Made by a program: the position numbers and the translations under genes. The notes beneath the pieces were generated by a model, which ran no database searches, was not told the origin of the DNA, and was given only the letters and a program-made list of their open reading frames with translations. A stretch of DNA of 39,780 nt, taken from contig JBMFMQ010000001.1 of NCBI GenBank assembly GCA_049970595.1, forward strand, positions 1-39,780. Direction: 5' to 3'. The stretch is from Candidatus Ratteibacteria bacterium (GTDB lineage Bacteria > Ratteibacteria > UBA8468 > B48-G9 > JAFGKM01). This document shows positions 8,629 through 16,816 of the stretch, piece by piece (position 1 is the first letter of the stretch; the number at the start of each line of letters is the position of its first letter).

Positions 8629-9333
8629 TTATTCTATATCTTTTCCTAAAATCCCATCTTTCGTTAAATTTATATCAGGAAAATTGTCATTTGCAGGTAA
8701 TATTTTTTTTGCTTCAAGAAATTCTACATGCCCATCAACAAATAAATAATTTCTTGCACCTTCCCAACTCCACCAACCATAATAACCATCTCTGTGGTTA
8801 TCAAGCCATTCTCCTATAATAATTTTCTTTGTAGGATATCTTACTTTTGAGAATTTCTGCCCTATTGATGGCATAACTTTATTTATATCATAAGTATAAC
8901 TTTTATCATTCATCATATTTATCTGTTCTGGTGAATGGTAAAAACTCATTGAATATCCATAAGAAGTGCTTTCCCATTTACTTGGTGCTGTCTTATCAGA
9001 TGGACAATATAATATAGAGGGGTCTTTTTCTGAAATACTTTTTTTAATATATTGAGCAAGCAATTTTCTCCAGCCACGACCCATCCATAACCAGTAATAT
9101 GGAGATAAACTTACAGGGTCTTGTGCAGATGGAAAATAATCATCATAATCAGAAATATACATATAAAATGAAAGGTATATCTGTTTTAAATTGTTCATAC
9201 ATACAGCAGTCCTTGCCCTTTCTCTTGCCTTTTTTAATGCAGGAAGAAGTAAAGCAGATAAAATCGTTATTATCACAATTACAAAAATCATTTCAATAAT
9301 AGTCAAGCCATCTTTAATTTTTAATCTCTTCAT
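8629..9333 (-). CDS. Prepilin-type N-terminal cleavage/methylation domain protein, DUF1559-like (H-X9-DG type)
   Basis: MKRLKIKDG/LTIIEMIFVIVIITILSALLLPAL is a class III signal with a hydrophobic helix. The C-terminal NYLFVDGHVEFL is the DGHV signature of DUF1559 pseudopilins. The start was trimmed to Met19 (9333). Confidence 0.75.
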   Translation of the reverse strand: MKRLKIKDGLTIIEMIFVIVIITILSALLLPALKKARERARTAVCMNNLKQIYLSFYMYISDYDDYFPSAQDPVSLSPYYWLWMGRGWRKLLAQYIKKSISEKDPSILYCPSDKTAPSKWESTSYGYSMSFYHSPEQINMMNDKSYTYDINKVMPSIGQKFSKVRYPTKKIIIGEWLDNHRDGYYGWWSWEGARNYLFVDGHVEFLEAKKILPANDNFPDINLTKDGILGKDIE

Positions 9334-9916
9334 AAATTTTTTTAGCAGTTTCTGTCTTAAAGAAATTAATATCAATTTTTTCTCCATTTGAATATTTTGT
9401 CAAAAGTAAAGCATCGTTAATTATGAAAAAACTTTTATAATCAAGATTACAAATTTTCTCTATATCTTCTTTTTTAAATTCAAACTCATTCAGAATATTT
9501 ATTTTTTCATCCTGATTTAAAAAATATAATATAGAAGCAGGAATAACTATATGCCAGTTTTCTTTTTCCTTCTCACGAATCTTTTCAGAAAAATTCAAAA
9601 TCATTTCAATTTCTTTTATTCTTTCAGGAATTATCTCTTTAACTCTGTCTAAAATCTTCTGTTTAATAAGTTTTTTCTTATCATCAATATATTTTTTATA
9701 AAAAACCTCTCCGACACATTTTTCTGCATAAGGACACCAATCTATGCATGTTGGAGTTGCTTCCCTGAAAACATCTTTTTTACATCTTGGACATTTTACC
9801 CTTAATTCATCAGAAAAAATTTCTACTTCATAACCACAATTTTTACATTTTATAACTTCTGATCTTAACTTTCTTGAATCCTGACCTGGACATTTAAAAG
9901 GCATTTTATCCTCCAA
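9314..9916 (-). CDS. Cys-rich zinc-ribbon protein of unknown function
   Basis: The N-terminal 65 aa carry 8 Cys (KCPGQD, CKNCGYEVE, CPRCKK, CIDWCPYAEKC). The remainder is helical and K/E-rich. A GGAGGA RBS lies upstream of the ATG. Confidence 0.5.
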   Translation of the reverse strand: MEDKMPFKCPGQDSRKLRSEVIKCKNCGYEVEIFSDELRVKCPRCKKDVFREATPTCIDWCPYAEKCVGEVFYKKYIDDKKKLIKQKILDRVKEIIPERIKEIEMILNFSEKIREKEKENWHIVIPASILYFLNQDEKINILNEFEFKKEDIEKICNLDYKSFFIINDALLLTKYSNGEKIDINFFKTETAKKIYEEIKN

Positions 9917-9959
9917 TTATTACTAATTTAATCATATTTATAATATTACAGGTTAATTA

Positions 9960-10379
9960 TTAAATTGTCAAGATGGAAAATATATAACCAAAGGATACAC
10001 CTGAAAGGATTATAATAGGAAGATATATCAATAGGACCTTAATGCCAAATTCCTTTCTTAATAAAATTAAAGTGCCATAACTTGTTATTGGTCCAATCAT
10101 AAGAAAAGAAAAAGCAGGTACAATAGACATCCCATTTTTTATTAAAGAATGAACAATTGGAACGCTCATAGTTGTACACATATACATTAAAATTCCTACA
10201 AAGACAGCAAATATATATCCTTTATTACCTGAAAGATAGTTTTTTATAAAATATGAAATTGGGAAAAATGAATCAATAAAACTTGCAAGCAAAATACCAC
10301 TTAATAAAAAACCAACTATTAAAGCAGGAAAAACTTCTTTAACATAAAATAAAATTGAATTTATTAATTTTAAAAACAT
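9960..10379 (-). CDS. Half-size integral membrane permease (COG0701/DUF318-like)
   Basis: 139 aa with four hydrophobic segments, including ..YMCTTMSVPIVHSLIKNGM.. and FLMIGPITSYGTL, typical of one half of COG0701 permeases. The family call is from memory. Confidence 0.5.
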   Translation of the reverse strand: MFLKLINSILFYVKEVFPALIVGFLLSGILLASFIDSFFPISYFIKNYLSGNKGYIFAVFVGILMYMCTTMSVPIVHSLIKNGMSIVPAFSFLMIGPITSYGTLILLRKEFGIKVLLIYLPIIILSGVSFGYIFSILTI

Positions 10380-11170
10380 TTTTTAATTAAATTGAAATGT
10401 TTTTCACAAAAATCAGTTCCACTTTCTAAATGTGAAATTATTTCTTGTTGCCAGTGAAAGTTATATAATTTGCATTTTTTATCATCACAGAAAACTTCAC
10501 CAAAAATATTATAGAAAATTGCTTGAGAAAAGTAAACTTTTAAAATATCTGTTATTCTTCTATCTTCATAATCAATTATTTTATCACCAAATTCTTTTTT
10601 TAAATTAAATCTATCATATCCAAGTTGGAGTTTAAAATAATACTCCCTTGGTTTTGCAAGTGCTTCTATTATTCCTGTTGTTGATATAATATTTGGCTGC
10701 CCGAGAATTATAACTCTTAGATGATATGATTTATCATTTTCATCAAAAGTTGCAATAAGTTGATTTGTTAAAATAATATTTACAAAATTTATCTTCATTT
10801 CTTTCCTTTTAATCAATCCTTTACAAATATCTTGAAATTCAAACCCATCATATATTACTCCATGTTTTTTTATTTCCCCTTTTAACCTTTTCTCTTCATA
10901 TTCAATCTCAACTGGATAAATAACTTCATCCTCTTTAATTTTTCTTTTTCTGTCCTTTACCCTTATTTTTGAAAATCTTTCAGCAATATTTTTTATTTTT
11001 GATTGGTCAATTGAGGAAACAAAAAAATCTTCCCTTTTTAAAATTGTAAAAGATAAAAAATTTTTTTTAATAAAAGAGATAATCTTGTCTAAATCAAAAT
11101 CAGGATAGTGATATGTGTCATAGATTATTAGATAATATTCATTGAATTTAATCACTTCCTTACATTTCAA
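10370..11170 (-). CDS. Archaemetzincin-like (M54-like) protein lacking the HEXXH catalytic motif
   Basis: The C-terminal ..[22 protein letters not shown]..(19)..FCEKH follows the archaemetzincin GX3CX4CX(M/L)..CXX(C/H) pattern. HEXXH is replaced by AIFYN. The start was set to the TTG at 11170, which overlaps the thi4 stop (TTGA); the track N-terminal 36 aa lie inside thi4. Confidence 0.4.
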   Translation of the reverse strand: MKCKEVIKFNEYYLIIYDTYHYPDFDLDKIISFIKKNFLSFTILKREDFFVSSIDQSKIKNIAERFSKIRVKDRKRKIKEDEVIYPVEIEYEEKRLKGEIKKHGVIYDGFEFQDICKGLIKRKEMKINFVNIILTNQLIATFDENDKSYHLRVIILGQPNIISTTGIIEALAKPREYYFKLQLGYDRFNLKKEFGDKIIDYEDRRITDILKVYFSQAIFYNIFGEVFCDDKKCKLYNFHWQQEIISHLESGTDFCEKHFNLIKKCF

Positions 11171-11946
11171 AATTTCCTTAATGCTATTTCTCCTGCCCTT
11201 TTTCCTGAAAGAAGCATTGCTCCAAAAGTAGGTCCCATCCTTGGAAGTCCATAAAGAGTTGAAACAGCCATACCACAAACAATTAATCCATCTATAACCT
11301 CACCTGTATGTTCAACAATCAAATCTTCAGAAAAATCAACCCACATTGCTCCATATCCTTTTGTCTTCAATATTCCCCTTTCTTCAAGTTTTTTACATAC
11401 AACTGCTTCATGTCCTGATGCATCTATCACAATTTTACTTTCAAGTGCAACAGGGTCAACACAGGTAATTTGTCTTGGTAAAGCACTAACAGGTGTCCAG
11501 TTTATAACAACTCCCCTTACTTTATTTTCCTCCCTTAAAACAATATCTTCAAAAATACTCATATTTGCAAATTTAACACCTGCCTCACATGCAGATGCAA
11601 TAAGTTTTGAACAGGCAAATGGACCATCAGCAACAAAAAGACCATCACTTGTTTCTTCAAATGGAACTTTAAGTTCTTTTAATATTTGCTCAGCAGGAGC
11701 TCTAACAGTTACTTTATTCATAAGATATCCACCTATCCAAAAACCTCCTCCAAGATAATTATTTCTTTCAACAATCAAAACTTTAAATCCATTCTTTGCT
11801 ATCTCTCTTCCAGCCATTAAACCACTTGGACCTGCACCAATAATAATTACATCACTTTCTGCATACTCATAAAATTCTTCATAAAATTTTTTAACAATTG
11901 CTCTTGTTACTTCTTTTTCACTTACATGTTTGAATATTTTTTCCAT
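11167..11946 (-). CDS. thi4: Thiazole synthase Thi4 (archaeal/eukaryotic type), probably the non-suicidal sulfide-dependent form
   Basis: Dinucleotide fold [36 protein letters not shown], with Thi4-like length and order. The conserved GH(D/E) motif reads DASGHEA, with Ser rather than Cys before the Gly. Confidence 0.85.
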   Translation of the reverse strand: MEKIFKHVSEKEVTRAIVKKFYEEFYEYAESDVIIIGAGPSGLMAGREIAKNGFKVLIVERNNYLGGGFWIGGYLMNKVTVRAPAEQILKELKVPFEETSDGLFVADGPFACSKLIASACEAGVKFANMSIFEDIVLREENKVRGVVINWTPVSALPRQITCVDPVALESKIVIDASGHEAVVCKKLEERGILKTKGYGAMWVDFSEDLIVEHTGEVIDGLIVCGMAVSTLYGLPRMGPTFGAMLLSGKRAGEIALRKF

Positions 11947-11955
11947 TTTTAACCT

Positions 11956-12195
11956 CTATTCTATTAAATCACCAGGAACTTCTTCAACTTTAACACCTTT
12001 TCTTTCAAGATATTTTATTGCTTTTTCAAGATTTTCCTTTTTTCCTGAAAACTCAAGTGTAACCTCTCCAACTGTTTCAGTTACTCTCGCTCTTCTTATA
12101 TTTGGTATTATATCATATTTTTTTGAAACTGTAAATATAACTGGTTTTTTTATAAGATTTTGAGGAAATACAAGATTTAAAATTTTTTTAGCCAT
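11956..12195 (-). CDS. Stand-alone NIL domain protein
   Basis: About 79 aa: LVFPQNLIKKPVIFTVSKKYDIIPNIRRARVTETVGEVTLEFSG..ENLEKAIKYLERKGVKVE. This parallels the NIL half of the 5525-5929 protein. The start was trimmed to the ATG at 12195, 2 nt after the E1 stop. Confidence 0.7.
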   Translation of the reverse strand: MAKKILNLVFPQNLIKKPVIFTVSKKYDIIPNIRRARVTETVGEVTLEFSGKKENLEKAIKYLERKGVKVEEVPGDLIE

Positions 12196-12197
12196 TT

Positions 12198-13007
12198 TCA
12201 CTCCTTTCTTCTTAAACCACAAAATTCTTCATAATCTATTAATTCTTTTAAAGATGGATTTTCACCACATACTATACAATCTGGGTCCTTTCTTACTTTT
12301 ACCTTTCTGAACGATGAATCAATAGCATTAAAAACAAGAAGTTGATTTTTAAGAAGTTGACCAATACCAAGAATATATTTTATTACTTCATTTGCTTGAA
12401 TTAAACCAAGTATTCCTGCAACAACTCCAATTATACCTGCTTCCTGACAACTTGGAACAAAACCAGGAGGTGGTGGTTCTGGAAATAAACATCTATAACA
12501 AGCACTCTCTCCAGGTATAATTGTTATTGCCTGTCCTTCAAATCTCAATATCCCTGCATGAAAAAGGACTTTTTTCCTTAAAACACAGGCATCATTAACA
12601 AGATATCTTGTTGGAAAATTATCTGAACCGTCAATAATTAAATCATATTTATCAATTATTTCCATTATATTTTTTGAATTCAATCTTACCTTATACTTCT
12701 TTATTTTTACATCTGGGTTTAATCTTTTTAATTTTTCCTCTGCAGAATCTACTTTTGATTTTCCGATATCTTCTGTAAAATGTAATATCTGTCTCTGCAA
12801 ATTATTCAATTCAACATTATCTGAATCAACTATTCCTATTTCACCAATACCTGCTGCACAAAGATAATACGCACATGGAGAACCAAGTCCACCTGCACCA
12901 ATTATTAAAACCTTTGAATTCAAAAGTTTCTCCTGTCCTTTCCCTCCAATTTCTTTAAGTATAATCTGTCTTGAATATCTCTCAATTTGATTGTCATTTA
13001 AAGCCAT
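12198..13007 (-). CDS. ThiF/MoeB/HesA-family E1-like adenylyltransferase (no rhodanese domain)
   Basis: RYSRQIIL..IG..GQ..L, the VLIIGAGGLGSP nucleotide loop, zinc CxxC pairs (ACYRC and DCIVCG), and a crossover-loop Cys in PSCQEAGIIG. Confidence 0.85.
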   Translation of the reverse strand: MALNDNQIERYSRQIILKEIGGKGQEKLLNSKVLIIGAGGLGSPCAYYLCAAGIGEIGIVDSDNVELNNLQRQILHFTEDIGKSKVDSAEEKLKRLNPDVKIKKYKVRLNSKNIMEIIDKYDLIIDGSDNFPTRYLVNDACVLRKKVLFHAGILRFEGQAITIIPGESACYRCLFPEPPPPGFVPSCQEAGIIGVVAGILGLIQANEVIKYILGIGQLLKNQLLVFNAIDSSFRKVKVRKDPDCIVCGENPSLKELIDYEEFCGLRRKE

Positions 13008-13282
13008 TTTTCTCCTCCTGCTATTGCAGGTATAATTGAAATAATATCTCCATCTTTTAGTTTTGTCTTTTCTCCTTCAAGAAATCTTATATCCTCATCA
13101 TTTACATAAATATTTATAAATCTTCTTAAATTCCCATTTTCATCATAAATCCTCTCTTTCACCTGTGGATATTTTTTTATTATATTTTTAAGTAATTCTT
13201 CAATATTATCACCATCAACTAAAATCTCTTTTTGATTATCAACAAATTTTTGTAATGGTTCTGGTATTCTTACTTTTACCAT
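12998..13282 (-). CDS. MoaD/ThiS-family beta-grasp sulfur-carrier protein with a four-residue extension after the di-glycine
   Basis: 94 aa ending ..DGDIISIIPAIAGG-EKWL. The GGAGGA Gly codons double as the RBS for the overlapping E1 gene, whose ATG is at 13007. Confidence 0.8.
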   Translation of the reverse strand: MVKVRIPEPLQKFVDNQKEILVDGDNIEELLKNIIKKYPQVKERIYDENGNLRRFINIYVNDEDIRFLEGEKTKLKDGDIISIIPAIAGGEKWL

Positions 13283-13284
13283 AT

Positions 13285-14526
13285 TTAACCTCCCAATTTT
13301 TTCAGTTTTTCTTCAAATGCTTCTAAATTTGGTTTGATTTTTATTACTTGAGATATTTTATCATATAATGGTTCAGTTGTCTTTAACCCATTTCCTGTTA
13401 TAGAAATAACTATTGATTCATCAGGAGGAATTATACCTTTTTCTAATAATTTTTTAGTTACTGCAACTGTTACTCCTCCTGCTGTTTCTGTAAATATTCC
13501 TTCAGTTTCAGCAAGTATTCTTATCCCCTCTATAACCTCTTCATCGCTTACTTCCTCTCCATATCCACCTGATTCTTTTACACTTCTTACAGCATAAACT
13601 CCATCAGCGGGATTACCAATTGCAAGTGATTTTACAATTGTATTTGGTTTAACTGGCTTAATTATTTCTGTATTTTCTTTTATTGCTTTAACTATCGGAG
13701 AACATCCTTCTGGTTGTGCTGCATATAATTTTGTATCTATATTTTCAATAAACCCAATTTTATAAAATTCTTTAATTCCCTTCCATATTTTTGTTATCAA
13801 TGAACCACCAGCACATGGAACAACAATATGTTTTGGGGTCTTCCATCCAAATTGTTCTATTATTTCAAATCCATATGTTTTTGAACCTTCTGAATAATAA
13901 GGTCTTATATTTATATTTACAAATGCCCATTTATATTTTGAAGCAATCTCTGTACATAATCTATTTACCTGGTCATAATTTCCTTCAACGCCAATAACAA
14001 TAGGGTTATAAACTGAACTTCCAATAATTTTACCTTTTTCAAGGTCTGCTGGTATAAAAATAAATCTTTTTAAATTACATAATGCACCAATTGATGCAAC
14101 AGAATTAGCGAGATTTCCAGTTGATGCACATGCAACTGTATCAAAACCAAATTCAATTGCCTTTGAAACTGCAACAGAAACAACTCTGTCCTTAAAGGAA
14201 AGAGTAGGATGATTTACAGAATCATCTTTAATATATATTTCCTTTGCTTTTAACTTTTTCTCAAGATTTCTTGCTCTGAAAAATGGAGTAAAACCTGTAT
14301 TAAGCCCTGCTTTTGGATTTTCTCTTAAAGGTAATAGTTCAATATATCTCCATAAATTTTTGTTTCTTTTCTCAATTATTTCTCTTTTAATGGTTTTCTT
14401 AATTTCTTCATAATCATATATAACTTCAAGAGAACCAAAACACCATTCACACACATATATTGGTTCTTCAGGATATTCCCTTCCACATTCCCTACATTTA
14501 AGACCTCTTATAAAATCCATCTTCAT
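13285..14526 (-). CDS. thrC: Threonine synthase family PLP enzyme (ThrC-like; candidate MetM-type homocysteine synthase)
   Basis: N-terminal zinc ribbon (CRECGREY..VCEWC), PLP lysine motif TLSFKDRV, and a tryptophan-synthase-beta fold length. It lies directly upstream of the MoaD-like carrier (2-nt gap). Confidence 0.8.
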   Translation of the reverse strand: MKMDFIRGLKCRECGREYPEEPIYVCEWCFGSLEVIYDYEEIKKTIKREIIEKRNKNLWRYIELLPLRENPKAGLNTGFTPFFRARNLEKKLKAKEIYIKDDSVNHPTLSFKDRVVSVAVSKAIEFGFDTVACASTGNLANSVASIGALCNLKRFIFIPADLEKGKIIGSSVYNPIVIGVEGNYDQVNRLCTEIASKYKWAFVNINIRPYYSEGSKTYGFEIIEQFGWKTPKHIVVPCAGGSLITKIWKGIKEFYKIGFIENIDTKLYAAQPEGCSPIVKAIKENTEIIKPVKPNTIVKSLAIGNPADGVYAVRSVKESGGYGEEVSDEEVIEGIRILAETEGIFTETAGGVTVAVTKKLLEKGIIPPDESIVISITGNGLKTTEPLYDKISQVIKIKPNLEAFEEKLKKLGG

Positions 14527-16808
14527 CCTCCCTTTTCAACTTTTAACTTATAATAATTTTCAATCTTTTCAATATTTACAATCTTATGCCCATCATTTTC
14601 TAAACTTTTTGGAACATTTTCAATGGGAGGCCCTTCATCAAGAAATATTTCTATTATATCCCCTTTATTAAAATTTTCAATAAAAATTTTTGCTTTTACA
14701 TAATTTATCGGACATGGAGTTCCTCTTAAATCAATTAAATTTGTTTTCTCAATTTTTTTCTTAAATTTCTTAGGAAAATTAAATGTTGGGTCCATACTTT
14801 TATAAAGTGATAAAACATGATTATAAAAACTTTTTGCATATTCAAATTTTCCTTTCAATTCATTAATATCAATATTTTCGTCTATTGAATTATATATTTC
14901 TAAAAGGTTTAAATATTCTTCTGAACTTATTCCCTCATTTATAAAATTTTCAACAAATCCTTTTATTGCTTCATAAGGTGTTTTTGGGTCAATTCCTCTA
15001 ACAATAAGTAATGCTCTTGAAGAAATATATATAATATTTTTAACATTTTTGTAATCAAGTTCCTTTTCACATTTTTCTAAATATATCTTTGCCTCATCAA
15101 GGTCTGATTCTATCATATCTATAACACCTGCTCCACATTCACCTTGAGATAGTCCTGATAGAGAAAAATCTTCTTCTTTTCCCCAGTCCTTATAGAATTC
15201 AGAATTTTCACTATATGGTGGAACATATAAATAATTTTTTATCAAATCTTTACCTAAATCTTTAATTTTTTCCAATCCATTTTCTTCAAGTTTACTCAAG
15301 AATTCCTCAATAAATGATGGGATATTTTTTGCTGGAATAATTCCTATTTCATCTGCAAGTTTAGTATTTTCACCTTCAGATTTTCCTCCTATTAAAAATT
15401 TATAAAATGGGACACTTCTTCCATATACTTTCCTTATAATCCCATGAAAAGAAATATCTCCAATAGGATGCTGACCGCAAGCATTTGGACATCCATTTAT
15501 CTTTATTTTCAATTTATCAAAATATTTACTTTTTAAAAATTTATTCTTTATAACATCTTCTATTTCCTTTGAAAGTCCAACACTATTGCAAAGTCCAAGA
15601 TTACAGGTTAAAGCCCCTTTACAGCAACTTACATCAAGAATTGTCTCTGGATAAAGGAATTCATATCCAAAAATCTCCAGAAATTTCTTATAAATTTTAT
15701 ATAAATCCTTTTTTTTAATCCATGTAATTCCTATATTTTGACTCTGAGTTGTTCTGAATTCAATGTTTTCAAATTCATTCTTAAGTTCTGAAAGTTTAAT
15801 TGCATTTTCAAAAAATAAATCTCCTCTTGGTATCCTTAATATAATATAAACAAATCCATCCTGTTTTTGCTCAAATATATTATATTTCAAAAAATCATTG
15901 TAATAAGGGTCACCATTTTCTGGTATTTTCCCTCCATTTGCCTTATATTCATTAAAACTGATATTCCTCAAATATATGTATTCATTTTCTTTAATTTTAT
16001 TCAATTCTTTTTCAAAAATTTCTTTAAAATTTTCAAACCCAATTTTTTCAATAAAAAACCTCAATCTATTATGATGTCTATCCTTTCTATCACCATTAAA
16101 ATAATATATATTTTTTATTGCCTCAACAAGATATCCAACATCCTCTACTTTAATAAAATCACATAATAACTTTCCTTTCATTGAAATTGCACCCATTCCT
16201 CCGCCAGCATAGACAGAAAAACCAATTTCTCCATCTTTTCTTTTTGCTATAAAACCAACATCATTAACAAGAGCCTTTGCACAATCATAAGAACAACCTG
16301 AAAAAGCAATTTTAAATTTTCTTGGTAGATTATAAGATTCATCTTTTCTTAAAAGGTATTCACTCAAAGATATTGCAATGCCTTTAACATCAAAAATCTC
16401 TTTCTTACATACACCTGAAAATGGACATGCAGTTATATTTCTTATAGTATTTCCACCTCCTCCTCTTGGTGACAAATCAAATTCCTTAAGATAATCCATA
16501 ATTTTATATGTATCCTCAATTTTAACTTCATGTAATTGTATATCCTGCCTTGTTGTTATATGTAAAATTTTATTCCCATATTTTTCAGCCATAATTGAAA
16601 TTGCTTTAAGTTGTTCTGATGTTAAAAACCCACCAGGAATTCTTATCCTCATCATAAATACTTTCCCACCTCTATGAGAATAAATACCCCATGGAACTCT
16701 AATCCCTCTAAATCTTTCTTTTGGTATATTTCCTTTTAAAAATTCTTCAAGAGAGTTTTTATAATTCTCTTTTAATTGAATTTTTATTTCTTCAGGTAAT
16801 TTAAACAT
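14523..16808 (-). CDS. sir: Assimilatory sulfite reductase hemoprotein (NirA/Sir type) fused to a helical linker and a C-terminal TusA-like domain
   Basis: Siroheme/[4Fe-4S] ligand pattern SCCKGALTCNLGLC...NGCPNACGQH and duplicated NIR_SIR repeats. The last ~75 aa read DLRGTPCPINYVKAK...GDIIEIFLDEG.., which is TusA/SirA-like with CPxN instead of CPxP. Confidence 0.8.
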   Translation of the reverse strand: MFKLPEEIKIQLKENYKNSLEEFLKGNIPKERFRGIRVPWGIYSHRGGKVFMMRIRIPGGFLTSEQLKAISIMAEKYGNKILHITTRQDIQLHEVKIEDTYKIMDYLKEFDLSPRGGGGNTIRNITACPFSGVCKKEIFDVKGIAISLSEYLLRKDESYNLPRKFKIAFSGCSYDCAKALVNDVGFIAKRKDGEIGFSVYAGGGMGAISMKGKLLCDFIKVEDVGYLVEAIKNIYYFNGDRKDRHHNRLRFFIEKIGFENFKEIFEKELNKIKENEYIYLRNISFNEYKANGGKIPENGDPYYNDFLKYNIFEQKQDGFVYIILRIPRGDLFFENAIKLSELKNEFENIEFRTTQSQNIGITWIKKKDLYKIYKKFLEIFGYEFLYPETILDVSCCKGALTCNLGLCNSVGLSKEIEDVIKNKFLKSKYFDKLKIKINGCPNACGQHPIGDISFHGIIRKVYGRSVPFYKFLIGGKSEGENTKLADEIGIIPAKNIPSFIEEFLSKLEENGLEKIKDLGKDLIKNYLYVPPYSENSEFYKDWGKEEDFSLSGLSQGECGAGVIDMIESDLDEAKIYLEKCEKELDYKNVKNIIYISSRALLIVRGIDPKTPYEAIKGFVENFINEGISSEEYLNLLEIYNSIDENIDINELKGKFEYAKSFYNHVLSLYKSMDPTFNFPKKFKKKIEKTNLIDLRGTPCPINYVKAKIFIENFNKGDIIEIFLDEGPPIENVPKSLENDGHKIVNIEKIENYYKLKVEKGG

Positions 16809-16816
16809 AGTATCTC

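Noticed and set aside
11171-11278. N-terminal extensions proposed by the ORF track. They are 10370-11278, 23581-23643, 25708-25737, 12196-12222, 9334-9387, 5491-5514, 33260-33277 and 31520-31531.
   Set aside because: These extensions run into the preceding gene and start at non-ATG or RBS-less codons. In each case an internal ATG or TTG sits just after the upstream stop and/or behind a GGAGG-like RBS. The starts were trimmed accordingly.
14523-14540. The sulfite reductase::TusA protein ends in ..VEKGG, which could be read as a third ubiquitin-like di-glycine carrier.
   Set aside because: The domain is TusA-like, not beta-grasp. The terminal GGAGGA codons are the Shine-Dalgarno for the overlapping thrC-like gene (GGAGGATGA). 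The GG is best explained by translational coupling.
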